This document shows positions 1 to 10,552 of a DNA stretch of 64,000 bases, piece after piece. The stretch lies in the NCBI GenBank assembly GCA_963835575.1, contig CAWIGG010000004.1, positions 128,001-192,000 of the forward strand, written 5' to 3'. Positions within the stretch are counted from its first letter, which is position 1, and each line of letters opens with the position of its first letter. The notes under the pieces are model-generated. The model was not told where the DNA came from and searched no databases. It saw only the letters and a list, made by a program, of their open reading frames with translations. This stretch comes from an uncultured Spirochaetota bacterium. Its GTDB lineage: Bacteria; Spirochaetota; Brevinematia; Brevinematales; JAOACQ01. Position numbers and translations under genes: made by a program.

Positions 1-99
1 TGTGACAATGGGCGCATGCCATGAAGGGTATTCCTTTTTTAACAGGGACAACATCGCCGTTACAGTTTCCGTAGAAGTCAGGGCGCGCATATTTCTTTC

Positions 100-1287
100 C
101 TATAATCCATGAATGATCCTATTGAAAGTGTCGATTTGATGCTCTTCCATTATCCTCTTCACCACATAACGGGTGTAATCACCCTCAAGATCAATCTGGA
201 GCGGATGTTTGGCAAGCTTATCAAAACCCCTTTCCTTTGTTTTAGGGGAAAGGAATATATTGACAATCGGGCGCAGGGTATAGGGGCTGAGCCTGTGCCC
301 TATGACATAAGCGATTTCGCCTGTATTCAGTATAACAAATGAATTGACAGGATAGATCGGTTCTTCATTGATCTTTTTGGCCATATCCCTCAAAAAAACC
401 TGGGCGACAGTGGGATTGAATTTTTTGCCGGAGTTTTCCATAAAGAATGTAAAGGAATCATGGAACGGGATCGGTTCTTTATAAGGCCTTCTGGAAGTCA
501 TGGCGTCAAACACATCGGCTATGGAAATGATCTGCGAATAAATATTCTGCTTCTCATGATCAATCCCGAGGGGATATCCGCCCCCGGTATAATTCTCATG
601 ATGGCAGAGAATGGCTTTTTCCACCAGGCTGCCGAATGTATTCGCGCCGCGGATGATATTATAGCTGTAAACCGGATGGTTCCTGACGATTTTCCATTCC
701 TCGACGTTCAGATTGGCAGGTTTTTCTATTATTTTTTCCGGGATCATTATTTTGCCGATATCATGGAGCAGACCCGCCACGCCGAGAATGCGGATTTTAT
801 CCCCTTCCATATTAAGCGAAAGCCCCAGAAGCATGGACAGGGTCGCGACGTTAATGGAATGCGTATAGGTATAGTCGTCATACTGGTAAAGGTCCAGAAG
901 GTTGAGATAGGCATCGCTGTTCTGTTTGATATCACTGATAAAACCGGTTATAACCTCATCAATTAGTTTTTCCGGGATCTGCCCGCGGCTCCCCTCGTTT
1001 TTGATCATGCCGTGTATGTCTTCAACAAGAGACACGGCCTTTTCCAGATGAGTATCGGAAACCATTGACCTGGACACTTTCTTCTTAAGTTTAAGTCTTT
1101 CCCTTGTGTACTGGATTGTTTTTACTCCCCTTTCCTTGAGATCGATTATCAATTCCTGTGTGAGCGGGGAATCTTTCTCAATGACCTTATTGCCCTTTTC
1201 ATCATAACCGTCGCCTTTTAAGATCATTCCCGGGTATAGAAAATTCGCATAGACCTGCACTCTCATCAGATCGTTTCTATAGTCCAT
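100..1287 (-). CDS. HD-GYP domain protein (putative c-di-GMP phosphodiesterase)
   Basis: HDIGK, HHE and GGGYP motifs; start moved to ATG 1287, which follows a GGGGAG RBS. Confidence 0.85.
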   Translation of the reverse strand: MDYRNDLMRVQVYANFLYPGMILKGDGYDEKGNKVIEKDSPLTQELIIDLKERGVKTIQYTRERLKLKKKVSRSMVSDTHLEKAVSLVEDIHGMIKNEGSRGQIPEKLIDEVITGFISDIKQNSDAYLNLLDLYQYDDYTYTHSINVATLSMLLGLSLNMEGDKIRILGVAGLLHDIGKIMIPEKIIEKPANLNVEEWKIVRNHPVYSYNIIRGANTFGSLVEKAILCHHENYTGGGYPLGIDHEKQNIYSQIISIADVFDAMTSRRPYKEPIPFHDSFTFFMENSGKKFNPTVAQVFLRDMAKKINEEPIYPVNSFVILNTGEIAYVIGHRLSPYTLRPIVNIFLSPKTKERGFDKLAKHPLQIDLEGDYTRYVVKRIMEEHQIDTFNRIIHGL

Positions 1288-1312
1288 ATGAAACTCCCCC
1301 ATCAACAAAATC

Positions 1313-2683
1313 CTATTCTACTTCCTCTCCTCCGCTATTAACGCCGTATTCCTCCAGCTTCCTCAAGAGGGTCTTCCTTCCAATACTTAAAATTTTCGCT
1401 GCTTTGGACTTATTCCAGTTTGTATAATCAAGCGTTGTCAAAATCGCCTTTTTTTCTATTTCATCCATTGTTGAGCCGATTTCCATAATCATGGCCTTTT
1501 GATTAACGCTCCCCGTGATATTATCCGGAAGCATCTCGACCGTAATCAAATCGCCGCGGCACAGCACAACCAGGTTTTCAATCAGGTTTTGAAGCTCCCG
1601 CACGTTCCCCGGCCACGTATAAAACTCAAGGAACTTCAGCGCGTTCGGCTGGATCCCTTTCACGCTTTTGCTATGTTTATGAGAATAATACTTGATGAAA
1701 TATTCGCAGAAAATGGGAATATCATCCTGCCTTTCGCGGAGGGGCGGAAGATGGAGATTGACAATATTGAGGCGGTAAAAAAGATCTTCCCTGAATTTGC
1801 CTTCCTCCACCAGTTTTTTCAGATTTTTATTAGTCGCCGTTATAATCCGGATATTGACCTTTAATGTTTCCTCGCCGCCGACCCTTTCAAATTCCTGCTC
1901 CTGCAGAACGCGCAGAAGCTTGACCTGCATGTTCAGGGTAATATCCCCTATTTCATCCAGAAATATCGTGCCGCCGTCGGCAAGCTCAAACCGCCCTTTT
2001 TTCCGGGCAATAGCTCCCGTGAATGAGCCCTTTTCATGGCCGAAGAGCTCGCTTTCAAGGAGCGTTTCCGGCAGAGCGGCGCAGTGCACTTTAATAAAAG
2101 GCCCCTTGGAGCGCTTGCTGTTTATATGAATGCTGTTGGCTATCACTTCCTTTCCTGTACCGCTTTCGCCCGAAATGAGTACTGAGGCGTCCGTCGGGGC
2201 AACCTGCCGGACAATCTGCAGGACTTTTTGAAAGGACTTTGAATTTCCGATGATATTTTTAAAACTGAACCTTTCGTCAAGCATTTCCTCAAGCTGGTTC
2301 TGCCGCTGTTTAAGACGCGTTTCCCCGATGGCGCGATTCAGGACAAGAGACAGCCTGTCCAGATTGACAGGCTTGGTCAGAAAATCATAAGCGCCGCGCT
2401 TCATCGCCTCGACGGCTTCATCCACGCCGCCATGGCCGGTTAAAATCAGTATCGGGGCTTCATTGCCCAGCGCGTGGGCCTGTTTTAAGAAATCCATACC
2501 GCCGAGCCTCGGCATTTTTAAATCCAGAACAACTGCGTCGGCGCCGATCGTTTTCAGCTTTTCAAGGCCGTCCGCCCCGTCCTCGGAAGCGTATACGTCA
2601 TAGCCTTCCATCTTCAGTCCGCTCTTAAGGGCTTCGCGTATGTTCTTTTCGTCGTCAATAACCAGGACCAGAGGTTTTTCCAT
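1313..2683 (-). CDS. Sigma-54-dependent NtrC/AtoC-family response regulator (REC-AAA+-HTH)
   Basis: REC domain (LVIDDE, LDLKMP), Walker A GESGTGKE, GSFTGA loop, WPGNVREL, Fis-type HTH; ATG 2683 after GGAGG. Confidence 0.92.
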   Translation of the reverse strand: MEKPLVLVIDDEKNIREALKSGLKMEGYDVYASEDGADGLEKLKTIGADAVVLDLKMPRLGGMDFLKQAHALGNEAPILILTGHGGVDEAVEAMKRGAYDFLTKPVNLDRLSLVLNRAIGETRLKQRQNQLEEMLDERFSFKNIIGNSKSFQKVLQIVRQVAPTDASVLISGESGTGKEVIANSIHINSKRSKGPFIKVHCAALPETLLESELFGHEKGSFTGAIARKKGRFELADGGTIFLDEIGDITLNMQVKLLRVLQEQEFERVGGEETLKVNIRIITATNKNLKKLVEEGKFREDLFYRLNIVNLHLPPLRERQDDIPIFCEYFIKYYSHKHSKSVKGIQPNALKFLEFYTWPGNVRELQNLIENLVVLCRGDLITVEMLPDNITGSVNQKAMIMEIGSTMDEIEKKAILTTLDYTNWNKSKAAKILSIGRKTLLRKLEEYGVNSGGEEVE

Positions 2684-3097
2684 GGGCCTTCCTCCCTCTC
2701 TTATTATAGTAGAATGAAGAAAAAAAGTCATACCTTTTTTCATTTAATAATTTAATTAAAAAATTCACACCTTCTGATGATGCAGCGCTTATCATTTACC
2801 GCAGAGAGCGCAGAGATATTGAAAAAATAGATTAATTTTTTCATTCCGAATTAAACTCTAAATCAATCAATATTTTGAAATATATATTTAGAATATTTTT
2901 TATAAGCACCGATTGAAGTTAAGCAGGCGGCTTGAAGTATAACTAAATCCTTATAAATCCGTCTCATCAATGCAAATCGTGTGAAATTGGGGTCAAAACA
3001 GAAAACTTTTTGTAAAAGCATTAAAGTCATTTAATTCAATATTTTTTGTATTATAAATTAGAATTTAGATAGTTCTCTGCGGCTGATTCAGCTTCAT

Positions 3098-4057
3098 TCA
3101 GTTATTCGTCATGGAAGCAACATATTGAAAATAGTCAAAAACATCCCGGAAGACAATTTTTTTTTCTTTGAAAAGGTCGGCATTATTTGTTAAAAAACGG
3201 GAGAAGGCCTGAACTTCGGGAGCGGCGTTCCCGTTGGAATGGACAAGAAGTATTTTCCAGTTCCGGATTTTATTCCCCATCCAGACATTGGCGTCAAGGG
3301 CAAGAATATTGATGGAACTTAATGCCCGTATATCCTCCCGGGAATGTTTAAACCCCGGAAAGCGGAAAATATAAGAAGGAAGAAGCCCGTTTTCCAGCAT
3401 GACCCTCTCGTTATTAGTAACCTCGGCAGTCAATAAACCGGAGGTATGGCTGTTTGTCAGGATAATATGTCTGTAAGAATGATTGCCCGCTGTAAATGAG
3501 AAGGGATAGCTTTTAATCTTTTCCAGGTCAAGGGAATGCTTTTCAATCCATTTTCCCGAAAAAAACAGGATAAGAGGTATATTTGTGCCTGCCTGACTAT
3601 TAAAATTGCTGATGCTGTCATAAAACAACCTTGCATAGCGGGGGTTTGCCGGGCAGAGGTCCGACGTCAAAACAAGGTTTGTATAAGATCCGGCTGGAAA
3701 TTTCTCCGCGCTGTTCCCGAAAGGCAGCTTCCGGTCAAGTTGAATTTTCATTAATTTAAAGAACATGGCGTTTGAAGACGCGGCGTTGGTCCATGCAGTC
3801 ATGTCCTGTTCTTTCCATTCATCTGTTAATCCATACTGCAATGTGCCTGTATTGATATAATAGTAGTTTGTCTTATTTTCAGGACCTAAAAACTCTCTTG
3901 TAATGATAATGGAAGGGTTGTTCTTTAAACAGTATTGAACGGTTTTATAAGACCGTACCGGTTTGATCGGACTTATGATTGAATTATTATAATTAAAAGT
4001 AAAAGACCGCCCGGTAAAAATAATGATTAAAACCGCGGCAAGCGCCGGCCTTATCAT
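3098..4057 (-). CDS. Secreted polysaccharide deacetylase-family protein
   Basis: N-terminal hydrophobic segment; LTSDLCP, GNHSYRH, FRFPG and LVHSNG resemble NodB-type motifs. Confidence 0.65.
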   Translation of the reverse strand: MIRPALAAVLIIIFTGRSFTFNYNNSIISPIKPVRSYKTVQYCLKNNPSIIITREFLGPENKTNYYYINTGTLQYGLTDEWKEQDMTAWTNAASSNAMFFKLMKIQLDRKLPFGNSAEKFPAGSYTNLVLTSDLCPANPRYARLFYDSISNFNSQAGTNIPLILFFSGKWIEKHSLDLEKIKSYPFSFTAGNHSYRHIILTNSHTSGLLTAEVTNNERVMLENGLLPSYIFRFPGFKHSREDIRALSSINILALDANVWMGNKIRNWKILLVHSNGNAAPEVQAFSRFLTNNADLFKEKKIVFRDVFDYFQYVASMTNN

Positions 4058-4671
4058 ACGGTGATTCCCGCCTTACTCAACCCGTTTTTGATATCATCGA
4101 GCGATTGGACCAGCGTGCTCTGGATCCCCATTCCGGACGCTATTTCAATATTGCCGCTGTTATCATCAAAAAAGAGGATGTCGGACGGATTGATTTTAAA
4201 GTATTCCATGACTGTTTCAAATGCGGCTTTTTCCGGCTTGCGCGAGCGGATCTTATGGGATAAAAACAATTTGTCAAAATAGACAAGCGCTTTATTATAA
4301 TGTTCCAGGAAAAACTTCTCATGGATCTCGTTTGTGTTGCTGAGCGCCGCGACATAATAATAAGGCTTAAGGCACTGGAAAATATTCTCTATTCCGGGCA
4401 TCACATCAGTGAACATCGCGTTAAAGCTCGATTCGAATTCCCGGTCGGTAAACGAATAGCCTATTTTTTTGGAAATATATTTCTTAAAGCGGTTTCCGGA
4501 AATTTCACCCCTCTCGAATTTGTGAAACATCTCGCCGGAGAAATCAAACCTGGACAGGATCACATCTTCGGGAATACCGCTGTATTCCGACCATTTTTTT
4601 AAAGTTTTTCCCGTTGAATACTTTATGACCACATTCCCCAGATCAAAAAGCATTAATTTAGGCAATGTCAC
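4054..4671 (-). CDS. HAD-superfamily phosphatase (YihX-like)
   Basis: FDLGNV motif I, LSNTN, RKPE, FFDD; start uncertain (GTG 4671, TTG 4665 or ATG 4653). Confidence 0.85.
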   Translation of the reverse strand: MTLPKLMLFDLGNVVIKYSTGKTLKKWSEYSGIPEDVILSRFDFSGEMFHKFERGEISGNRFKKYISKKIGYSFTDREFESSFNAMFTDVMPGIENIFQCLKPYYYVAALSNTNEIHEKFFLEHYNKALVYFDKLFLSHKIRSRKPEKAAFETVMEYFKINPSDILFFDDNSGNIEIASGMGIQSTLVQSLDDIKNGLSKAGITV

Positions 4672-4711
4672 TTTCTTCCTCCCAATTATTAAGGCAATTA
4701 TTATAACACTT

Positions 4712-5461
4712 TTATTTCCTATTAGCAAAAAGCCGGCCGATATCTTTTTTCATCCGCTCATAATGCGTCCCTTTCCAGTAAACTTTTCCGCATGACGAGC
4801 ACTGGTAAAAATCATTGAAATATTTTTTTGTGTTCTCTTCCAGGACTTCTTTTACAGTCTCCGCCGGGACGCTGACTATCTCGCCGTTGCATTCCAGACA
4901 GCGGATCAGCGGATAGAGCGAATCCCATAAATCAAACCTGTCCAGTACCTGCCTGAGCTGTTCCTGCGGATAGATTGAGCGGACGAGATACCCGAAACGG
5001 ACCAGGCCGTTCTTTAAAATACCCCTGTCCCGCGTCAATATGATCCTTTTTTCCCTGTTAGAAAGTTCTATGATGGTATTGTCATCCCATTCCGGATTAT
5101 AAGAGGCGTCAAAACCGAGGATCCTGAGATGCTTGACAAGCCGGCCCAGATGGACATCCAGAATAAAACGGCCGGCCGGATAACCTTTTTCGAGGACTTT
5201 GCTCAGATTATTTATTTCTATATTCTTAAAGAATGGATAGACCGCGATCTGGTCATTATTCTGAAGCCTGTACTTCCAGCCGGCGGAAAGCCCGTTGACT
5301 ATGATAAGCCCGACCTCCGTATGAGGGACCCCTTCGGACTCAATCACGTCCTTTATCCCCGGCGATACTTTAAAATGGACATCATACCGGATTCTTTTTG
5401 AAGGTATGATAAGGTCCTTCAAATTGCCGTAAAAGCGAATGGAACAAACATTTTCATTCAT
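4712..5461 (-). CDS. Ubiquitin-like/Mut7-C RNase (PIN) domain protein
   Basis: N-terminal Ub-like part (KDVIESEGVPHTEV); LDVHLGRL, LTRD, zinc ribbon RCLECN...CSSC, YWKGTH. Confidence 0.85.
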   Translation of the reverse strand: MNENVCSIRFYGNLKDLIIPSKRIRYDVHFKVSPGIKDVIESEGVPHTEVGLIIVNGLSAGWKYRLQNNDQIAVYPFFKNIEINNLSKVLEKGYPAGRFILDVHLGRLVKHLRILGFDASYNPEWDDNTIIELSNREKRIILTRDRGILKNGLVRFGYLVRSIYPQEQLRQVLDRFDLWDSLYPLIRCLECNGEIVSVPAETVKEVLEENTKKYFNDFYQCSSCGKVYWKGTHYERMKKDIGRLFANRK

Positions 5462-5697
5462 ATAAACCTTTATTTTATTATTAATTTTATGAGACTTTAA
5501 AAACCATTACTTCAAATTATTATAAATCCATACAGTTATAATTAAATCGGCTTTTAGTTTTTTGCTTTCGCCTGTTTAATCCTTATTTCGTCATTCATGA
5601 TTTAAAATATAAACCTGTTTCATAAGATTTTCCAGATAAATCCGATAAAAGTATATACAAACAGAGTTACTGCAAAATGCTCTTGTTTATGCATAAC

Positions 5698-5848
5698 AGC
5701 CGTCATTGCGAGCATTTCGCATTATACTTCGTTACTGATTATAGCGCGAAGCAATCTGTCGATTCATTAGGTTGCTTTATTTGCAGACAGATTGCTTCGC
5801 ATTATGGTTTTCGGCAGAGTATAAAGCCGGGTGCTCGCAATGACGGCT
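5698..5848. repeat. Palindromic intergenic element, family A, copy 1
   Basis: Outer IR AGCCGTCATTGCGAGCA/TGCTCGCAATGACGGCT; inner IR GCGAAGCAATCTGTC (5746-5760)/GACAGATTGCTTCGC (5786-5800). Confidence 0.9.
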
Positions 5849-5868
5849 TTAAGACAAGGAGTCACTGA

Positions 5869-8550
5869 ATGAAAAAAATCGTTATCTTTTTAATATTTTT
5901 ATCGATTATAATCCCTCTTTTTGCCGTTGTTGACGGCAGCCAGTGGATCTATACGGGCACATCGCCCGCCGGAACGGCTAAAGCCTACACCGGCGTATCT
6001 CTTCAGCAGTACGCGGGCGACTTTCTCTACAATCCGGCCGTTCCCGCCCTGATCAACAGATTCACATTTTTCGGGAATACCGGATTTCTCTCAAAAGACC
6101 TAATCGTGAACGCCGGCCTGACCATACCTATGCCGAACGGCATCATGACTTTTGCCGGGAAAATGCTGAACAGCACACGAGCTGTCGGCAGTATCAGCGG
6201 TTTTGACATCGGCTTCGCGAAATCCATTACAGAGTCTTTTTCCTTCGGGTTCAAAGGCTCATTCCTCAATCAGACTATACGGACCACAAACAATGGTAAT
6301 GAAGTCTTATCGTCCGATATTGCCGTCACTCTGGACGCCGGGGCGATTTTCACACTCAGGAACCTGGTCCCTTTCGACAGGGGCTTCGGTATCAGGAATA
6401 ATACAATCGGCCTTGTGATTCTGGGGCTGGGAAAACCCTCCGTTCTTCAAAATAATTCCTCCATCCCGGGGATGGGCCTAAAAGGCGGAGTCAGTTTCGA
6501 ATGGATGGACTTCGAAAACGTCAAGGCCCTCTCCTCGATCGAACTGACATCCTATTTCTTTCCCTTATGCTATTCAAGCGCTGCCGGTTTAACATTAAAT
6601 CTTTTTAATATATTTAATCTCAGGGGCGGTCTCATCTACGGCAGCAACGGCCTGGGCAGCGCCTCAGACGGCCTTTTGTTTTATACTTTAGGCGCGTCGC
6701 TTGCCTATCAGTTCGGCGAAACACCGGTGGAAATATTTTATTCCTACAATCCGCACCAATTCCAGGGCGTTCCGGAAGCCACTCATTTTATCGGGATGGA
6801 AATCGGCTTCGGATCGATCGATAAAAACCCTCCTACAATTGAAATATCTTTTGACGGGGTAAAAACCAACCTGGCTTATTTTTCGCCGAATTACGACGGG
6901 GCCCAGGATGTTGTTTCCATCGATCTGGATATCCGGGATGAAAGCCTGATCGCCGACTGGGATATTTCCATCTATAACAGCAAAGGCGAAAGGGTCCGCC
7001 ACAGGGAAGGTGAAAAGGAAAGGGATGTGTCCCTGGATTTCGACCTCTTCTGGAAAAAGCTCTGGGCTAATAAGGAAAGCGTTCCGGTCCCTAAAAAAAT
7101 CGTGTGGAACGGCACTTCCGACAGCGGCGCGATCCTGCCTGAAGGGACTTATTATTTCATTGTGACAGCGCGGGACGAATTGAACAACCTGGCCGTTTCA
7201 AAAACCAATACGATCATACTCGACGTGACGCCGCCTTCCGGCTCCCTGTCGCTCTACGATTCCGTCTTTTCGCCCAACGGCGACGGGAAAAAAGACATTA
7301 TCATCATTTCACAGACCTTATCATCCAACGATTTCTGGAGGGCCGAGATCCGCGATGTGAACGGAAAGAAGGTCAGGGAATGGAACTGGGGCTTGAACCC
7401 GCCGATGCAGCTTGAATGGGACGGAAGGAATGACGCGGGAGTACTTCAGCCCGAAGGCACCTATGATTACATCGCGTACGGATGGGACAGGGCCGGCAAC
7501 AAAGCGGTCCTTCCCATGCCCGGCATCAACCTGTCGCTAAAAAAATATTCTGTATTTCTTGCCCTTGACAGGAACGGCATTTCGCCCAACGGCGATTCGG
7601 TCAATGATACGCTCAGATTGGTCCCGTCTGTCTCGGATTCAAACGGCCTGGTTTCATGGGCCTTAAGAATAAAAGACAAAAATCATGCTGTGATCAGGGA
7701 AATTAAAGGAAAAAACCTGCCTTCTTTCATACAATGGGATGGAAAAGACGCCGGCAATACAACAGTCAGGGACGGGCATTATCTTTGTTCCCTCTTGTGT
7801 GAATACGCCAACGGTGAAACGCCCGTATCCCAGGAATATCCCGTCACGGTCGATACAACGCCTCCATCCGTGGAATTTTCAGCGGAACCGGCGCTTTTTT
7901 CGCCGGACAATGACGGTGAAAACGACACGCTTTTCATTCACTTTAACGCCCAGGATGAAGAGGGCATAAAAAAATGGAGGATCACGATTTTAGACCCGGA
8001 TAATAAGCCGTTCAAGATATTCGAAGGAAGCGCGAACCCGGCCGATACAATTCAATGGGACGGCCGTTCTGAAAACGGCGAACTGGTCGAAAGCGCGCAG
8101 GACTACAGGGTCAGAGTGTACGCTGAAGACAGCCTGGGTAATATTACAGAAAAGGAAATAGATAAGCCCATTTCCGTCGATGTTCTTGTCGAAAAAACGG
8201 ACCGCGGCCTGAAGATCCGCATCAATAATATCGAGTTCGACTTCGCCAAAGCGTCGCTGAAGCCGAAGAAGGCCTTTATTCTGGACCGCGTGGCGCAGAT
8301 CCTTCAGAAATACGGCGGTTATAAAGTGGAAATCCAGGGACATACGGACAACATCGGATCGGAGGAAAAAAACCTGAAACTTTCCCGGGAAAGGGCGCAG
8401 ACGGTTTATGACTACCTGGTTAAGAAAGGGATATCCGGAACAAGGCTTACCACGGCAGGCTTCGGGTTCCAGTTTCCTGTCGCGAATAACAGCTCTGAAG
8501 AGGGAAGAAGGAAGAACAGGAGAGTGGAGTTTATTCTTCTCAAGAATTGA
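5869..8550 (+). CDS. Large secreted OmpA-family protein with repeated FlgD-like Ig domains
   Basis: Signal peptide; repeated FSPNxDG / WDG / GxY Ig-like units; C-terminal OmpA motifs (IQGHTD, LSRERA, NRRVE). Confidence 0.85.
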   Translation: MKKIVIFLIFLSIIIPLFAVVDGSQWIYTGTSPAGTAKAYTGVSLQQYAGDFLYNPAVPALINRFTFFGNTGFLSKDLIVNAGLTIPMPNGIMTFAGKMLNSTRAVGSISGFDIGFAKSITESFSFGFKGSFLNQTIRTTNNGNEVLSSDIAVTLDAGAIFTLRNLVPFDRGFGIRNNTIGLVILGLGKPSVLQNNSSIPGMGLKGGVSFEWMDFENVKALSSIELTSYFFPLCYSSAAGLTLNLFNIFNLRGGLIYGSNGLGSASDGLLFYTLGASLAYQFGETPVEIFYSYNPHQFQGVPEATHFIGMEIGFGSIDKNPPTIEISFDGVKTNLAYFSPNYDGAQDVVSIDLDIRDESLIADWDISIYNSKGERVRHREGEKERDVSLDFDLFWKKLWANKESVPVPKKIVWNGTSDSGAILPEGTYYFIVTARDELNNLAVSKTNTIILDVTPPSGSLSLYDSVFSPNGDGKKDIIIISQTLSSNDFWRAEIRDVNGKKVREWNWGLNPPMQLEWDGRNDAGVLQPEGTYDYIAYGWDRAGNKAVLPMPGINLSLKKYSVFLALDRNGISPNGDSVNDTLRLVPSVSDSNGLVSWALRIKDKNHAVIREIKGKNLPSFIQWDGKDAGNTTVRDGHYLCSLLCEYANGETPVSQEYPVTVDTTPPSVEFSAEPALFSPDNDGENDTLFIHFNAQDEEGIKKWRITILDPDNKPFKIFEGSANPADTIQWDGRSENGELVESAQDYRVRVYAEDSLGNITEKEIDKPISVDVLVEKTDRGLKIRINNIEFDFAKASLKPKKAFILDRVAQILQKYGGYKVEIQGHTDNIGSEEKNLKLSRERAQTVYDYLVKKGISGTRLTTAGFGFQFPVANNSSEEGRRKNRRVEFILLKN

Positions 8551-8595
8551 ATCGGGCCTTCCGCTAAGCCACGCGAAGGGTTAATAACAAAAGAT

Positions 8596-8745
8596 CGTCA
8601 TTGCGAGTCACAAGAATTAAACCTCGCCACTATTCATGGTACGAAGCAATCTGTCTATAAATAAAGAATTCTAAATAAATTAACAGATTGCTTCGTGCGG
8701 CAATAATCGGCATAGTATAAAGCCGGTTTTCTCGCAATGACGGCT
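8596..8745. repeat. Palindromic intergenic element, family A, copy 2
   Basis: CGTCATTGCGAG...ACGAAGCAATCTGT...ACAGATTGCTTCGT...CTCGCAATGACG, lying between convergent genes. Confidence 0.9.
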
Positions 8746-8746
8746 A

Positions 8747-9439
8747 TTATTTACCGTAAGAATAGCTTTTTATTTTTTTGACCCATCCGCGGGGATTTCT
8801 GTCTTCAAAAAAAGCATACCCGATAACAAGAATATCAGCTCCGTTCTGAAGAACATTCCCATAAGTAAGCCTGTTAATTCCGCCGTCAACCTGAACGGCA
8901 ATGGAACGGCCTTTGATCAATTCCCTGAGTTTTTTCAAACGTCCGAGGGTTTCCGGAATAAATTTCTGCCCTGAGTATCCCGGCTCAACGCTCATCAGAA
9001 GGACCAGGTCGATAATGTCCAGGAAAGGACTCAGCGCCTTAACAGGCGTTTTCGGCCGGATTGAAAGGCCAATGGTTTTTCCGCTCTTTTTAACAGCCTT
9101 TATATACTCATTTATACTGCCGTTCATGGATTCCAGATGAAGAGTAATATGATCAACAGGCAGTTCAAGAAAAGGTTTAAGCCCGGCCGGCTTTTCCAGA
9201 TCGATCATAAGATGAACATCCGCCGGGATCCTTGTTTTTGAATTGATATCCCCGATCAATTTAGCGCCGAAGGAAATATTCGGGACAAAATGATTGTCCA
9301 TCACGTCATAGTGGATCATATCAACTTTAGCGGCCCCGCAAACGGCCGCGGCTTTTTTCAGGTTATAAAAATCGGCCGCGAAAATCGAAGGCGCGGCGCA
9401 TGGGCCGCTGACCGGCAGAAAAGGCCTGCTGTTATTCAT
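8747..9439 (-). CDS. rpe: Ribulose-phosphate 3-epimerase
   Basis: APSI, HYDVMDNHFVPN, DVHLM, MSVEPGYSGQ, VDGGI. Confidence 0.95.
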   Translation of the reverse strand: MNNSRPFLPVSGPCAAPSIFAADFYNLKKAAAVCGAAKVDMIHYDVMDNHFVPNISFGAKLIGDINSKTRIPADVHLMIDLEKPAGLKPFLELPVDHITLHLESMNGSINEYIKAVKKSGKTIGLSIRPKTPVKALSPFLDIIDLVLLMSVEPGYSGQKFIPETLGRLKKLRELIKGRSIAVQVDGGINRLTYGNVLQNGADILVIGYAFFEDRNPRGWVKKIKSYSYGK

Positions 9440-10541
9440 ACGGAAATTCCTTCACAAAGCTGTTGTCGATAAAAAGGGTCAGTTTTGCCTTGCCGTAGGC
9501 TTTAAAGCAGAGGATGATATAATCACCGTAATTCTGCATTTTATTGAAAACCTCCTGCTGATCATTCACTTCGTCTGAAAGCATGATCTTAATATTCGCC
9601 TGATTTTTCGCGAGCGATTCATCCATTACAGCGGCCTCATTGGATGATACAGATGATATGCTTTCAAGATGGTAGCTGAAAATCCGGTATCTGGCTTTCT
9701 GTTTTTTTACATCATTGTCCTCAAAAATCCCGACTTTCAGCCGGATTTCGGAGTTTTTCGGCACAATTGTATTGGATTGAACGCTCTGAGATAATATCAA
9801 TCCGTCTTCATCCGCGTTCTGGACAGGAGTTTCTTCAATAACAGGCTGGATTGAATTGACGATCAGGGTCCTGGCGACCAGTTCCAGCGCCTGTCTTGAA
9901 TAATCCGCGACCCTGAACTGGCCCTCGCCCACATCCGAATTGACCACAATCTTCATTTTAACGTTCCTGTCCTCTTCCTGGTTCGGCGGGATGTCCTGGC
10001 TGATCACAGTATCAACCTGATAATCCGAACTCTGGATTATGGTGACCTCATAGCTGATATTTAATTTTGTCAAAAGCTGTTCGGCTTCCTCGCGTTTCAA
10101 GCCGGTTAATGCCGGGGCAGTATAAACGTCTTTTCCCATGCTGACTAATAGCGTCACAGTTCGCCCCTTCCTGACAGCAGAGCCCTGTGAAGGGAACTGC
10201 TCAAGCACAAAGTATTTCTGTGAATTCGTGTCAAACTTGCTGTCTAATTCCACAACAAGCCCTTTATCCTGCAGTTCAATGGACGCTTCAATAACATTCA
10301 GGCCGGCAACCGAAGGCACCTTTACCACCGGGGCCGCGATGCTGGATATAATCAGCACCATAAAAGCCACAAAAGCGGCCGCGGCGCATGCTAATATAAA
10401 AACAAAAAACATCCTTCTCACAAAACGGGTGTATATATCAGCCCCCGAGGCGCTGAAATAATCCCTTGTTTTTTTCTCGAATTTAAAAATCGTGATTTTA
10501 AGCTTCTGAAAAAGCGCGCTTGCCGCCTTCGGTTCATTCAT
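9432..10541 (-). CDS. PASTA domain-containing membrane protein
   Basis: One TM helix followed by three PASTA-like repeats (VPSVAGL...QFPSQG); lies between fmt and rpe. Confidence 0.85.
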   Translation of the reverse strand: MNEPKAASALFQKLKITIFKFEKKTRDYFSASGADIYTRFVRRMFFVFILACAAAAFVAFMVLIISSIAAPVVKVPSVAGLNVIEASIELQDKGLVVELDSKFDTNSQKYFVLEQFPSQGSAVRKGRTVTLLVSMGKDVYTAPALTGLKREEAEQLLTKLNISYEVTIIQSSDYQVDTVISQDIPPNQEEDRNVKMKIVVNSDVGEGQFRVADYSRQALELVARTLIVNSIQPVIEETPVQNADEDGLILSQSVQSNTIVPKNSEIRLKVGIFEDNDVKKQKARYRIFSYHLESISSVSSNEAAVMDESLAKNQANIKIMLSDEVNDQQEVFNKMQNYGDYIILCFKAYGKAKLTLFIDNSFVKEFPYE

Positions 10542-10552
10542 ATATAATCTCC

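Noticed and set aside
5622..5648. Possible sigma28 promoters (TCCGATAA at 5641; GCCGATTT at 12307 before flaA)
   Set aside because: The -35 match and spacing are imperfect; not supportable without TSS data.
5677..5868. 63-aa ORF upstream of the OmpA gene (also 48199-48450 and 40958-41191)
   Set aside because: These are read-throughs of palindromic repeats or overlaps with real genes, with no RBS or motif support.
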